A DNA stretch of 63,533 nt, counting the filler, from Octopus bimaculoides (Eukaryota): NCBI RefSeq assembly GCF_001194135.2. It is 6 parts of 6 records of this genome, joined end to end, with 100 filler letters (N's around TTAATTAATTAA, not from the genome) between each part and the next. Parts side by side here need not be neighbours in the genome. Positions count along the whole stretch, not along the records: positions 46,621 to 63,533 come from NC_068982.1; 5 more parts are not named here. One strand, 5' to 3'. Every line of letters starts with the position of its first letter. Within the stretch, counting starts at the first letter, position 1. Under the pieces are notes generated by a model that saw only the letters and a list, made by a program, of their open reading frames with translations, did no database searches and was not told the origin of the DNA. Below are positions 62,090-63,533 of this stretch, in pieces. The position numbers were made by a program, and so were the translations under genes.

Positions 62090-63533
62090 AGTCTGTCCGT
62101 CTGTCAATTTAATAATCTAACTATCTAGTTAATTAGAAAGATCCCAAATCTGTTTTAGATCTAAGAACTCCACCGCACTGCTGAATTCCAGATCTGAAAT
62201 TTTCAGCAAATACAAAGATTTGGAAAAGTACCTGTTGGCGAATTGGAAAATACCGCCCTCTCTGGATTGAGCGGATGTGCTGCAGACTCTAGACTCCTAT
62301 CCGTTCAACCTTATCGCGGCTTTACAGTCAAAGAGGACATAACTCTAATTCCCACTCCCTTTTTTTCTTTTTCCTTTTTTCCTTTACCTTTCGTTTTCTA
62401 ATGTTTTCCCCCTTCCATTTTTTTACCTCTAACTTCTCGCCTTTTCTCGTATTTTCCCTTATTCTATCTTGTTTTAGCTTGTATATGCCATGTGAGCATA
62501 GCCCGAAGATTGCATGAAGGCACCAGACGTGTTATAAAATGCAATCTGTGTCGTTTTCATCGCATGAAACTATTAGTGGCTCATAAAAATATATGTTGTG
62601 TTCATAAAACAATATCTCTCACCAGATGTAGTACTTTTTTTGTTGCTCTTAATTTCACAGAACAGTATACTGTGTGTGGGTGCGCGCGCGCCTCGTTCTT
62701 GTATTTGGTTCATAAGATTCTTGATGTGGTTTGTGTGTTTAAACTAATTTTGTTGCTGTCTTGGGACATTACATCAATAATAACAAAACACACGCACTGG
62801 TTCAATATCATTTCTTATTGATTAGTCAATTGGTTAAATATCTAACCAACTGACTAATCAATCGTTTGTTTGATGAACTGCTTCAACAATCAGTCGGTTG
62901 TTATTAGTTCTTTCGTCTCTGTTTGCGATCTTTTCAGTGACTTAGAGAGTTCCCGTCTCACACAAAAGTCTGAACCCTTAAAGAGGTCACAGAGGGCTAA
63001 TGGACACACACACACGCAAATACACATACAAGCAGTCACACGGGTGTACACACATAACCACACACGCACACAAGCACACACACGCACGCACACACACAAA
63101 CACACACTGTTTACTCTCACCCTTAAATCCTTTTCTAAACAGACGTCTACACACATACACACGCATACATACATACATACATACATACATACATACATAC
63201 ATACATACAAGCATGCCTACAGCCAGACACAAGACCAGTTCTCAGACAATCTCAGAGCCGACCTAGGAGCGAGAGGAAAAGTCACAAAGTCAGTGAAAAG
63301 GTCGCAGACAGCGACGAAAGAGCTTTGACCAAGAAACAGCCAATCGATTGTTTAACCTGCACATTAAACAGACGACCGCTTAGTCAGTTGGTTAGATATA
63401 TAACCAATTTGACTAACAATAAAGAAATGGAATTGAACCTGTACGTATGTTACTATTGGTGTAATGACCTTCCCAAGCCACAACGAAACATGTAAATACA
63501 AATATACATGTACATATATTATATATATATATA

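Overview
AT-rich, microsatellite-dense eukaryotic scaffold with many N gaps, five of them holding an artificial TTAATTAATTAA linker. The SINE, LINE and MITE families look like octopus genomic DNA (inference, not verified). Most of the window is repeats. One host coding exon is well supported (minus strand, 18659-19562, coiled-coil, RIMBP/JAKMIP N-terminal-like), plus an intact three-finger C2H2 frame (30644-30985) that is probably the 3' end of a LINE. The most notable structure is at 23298-24528 on the minus strand. It holds a complete type I hammerhead ribozyme (23465-23507) inside a reconstructable 349-nt unit present as about 1.5 tandem copies. The unit has a long G-U-containing extension of stem I, a perfect 98-bp inverted partial copy and (TA)n flanks, which is the architecture of a retrozyme or non-autonomous Penelope-like element. 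It is split by a 5'-truncated Tx1/L1 insertion with an 11-bp target-site duplication 10 nt upstream of the ribozyme. No rRNA, true tRNA gene or CRISPR array is supported.
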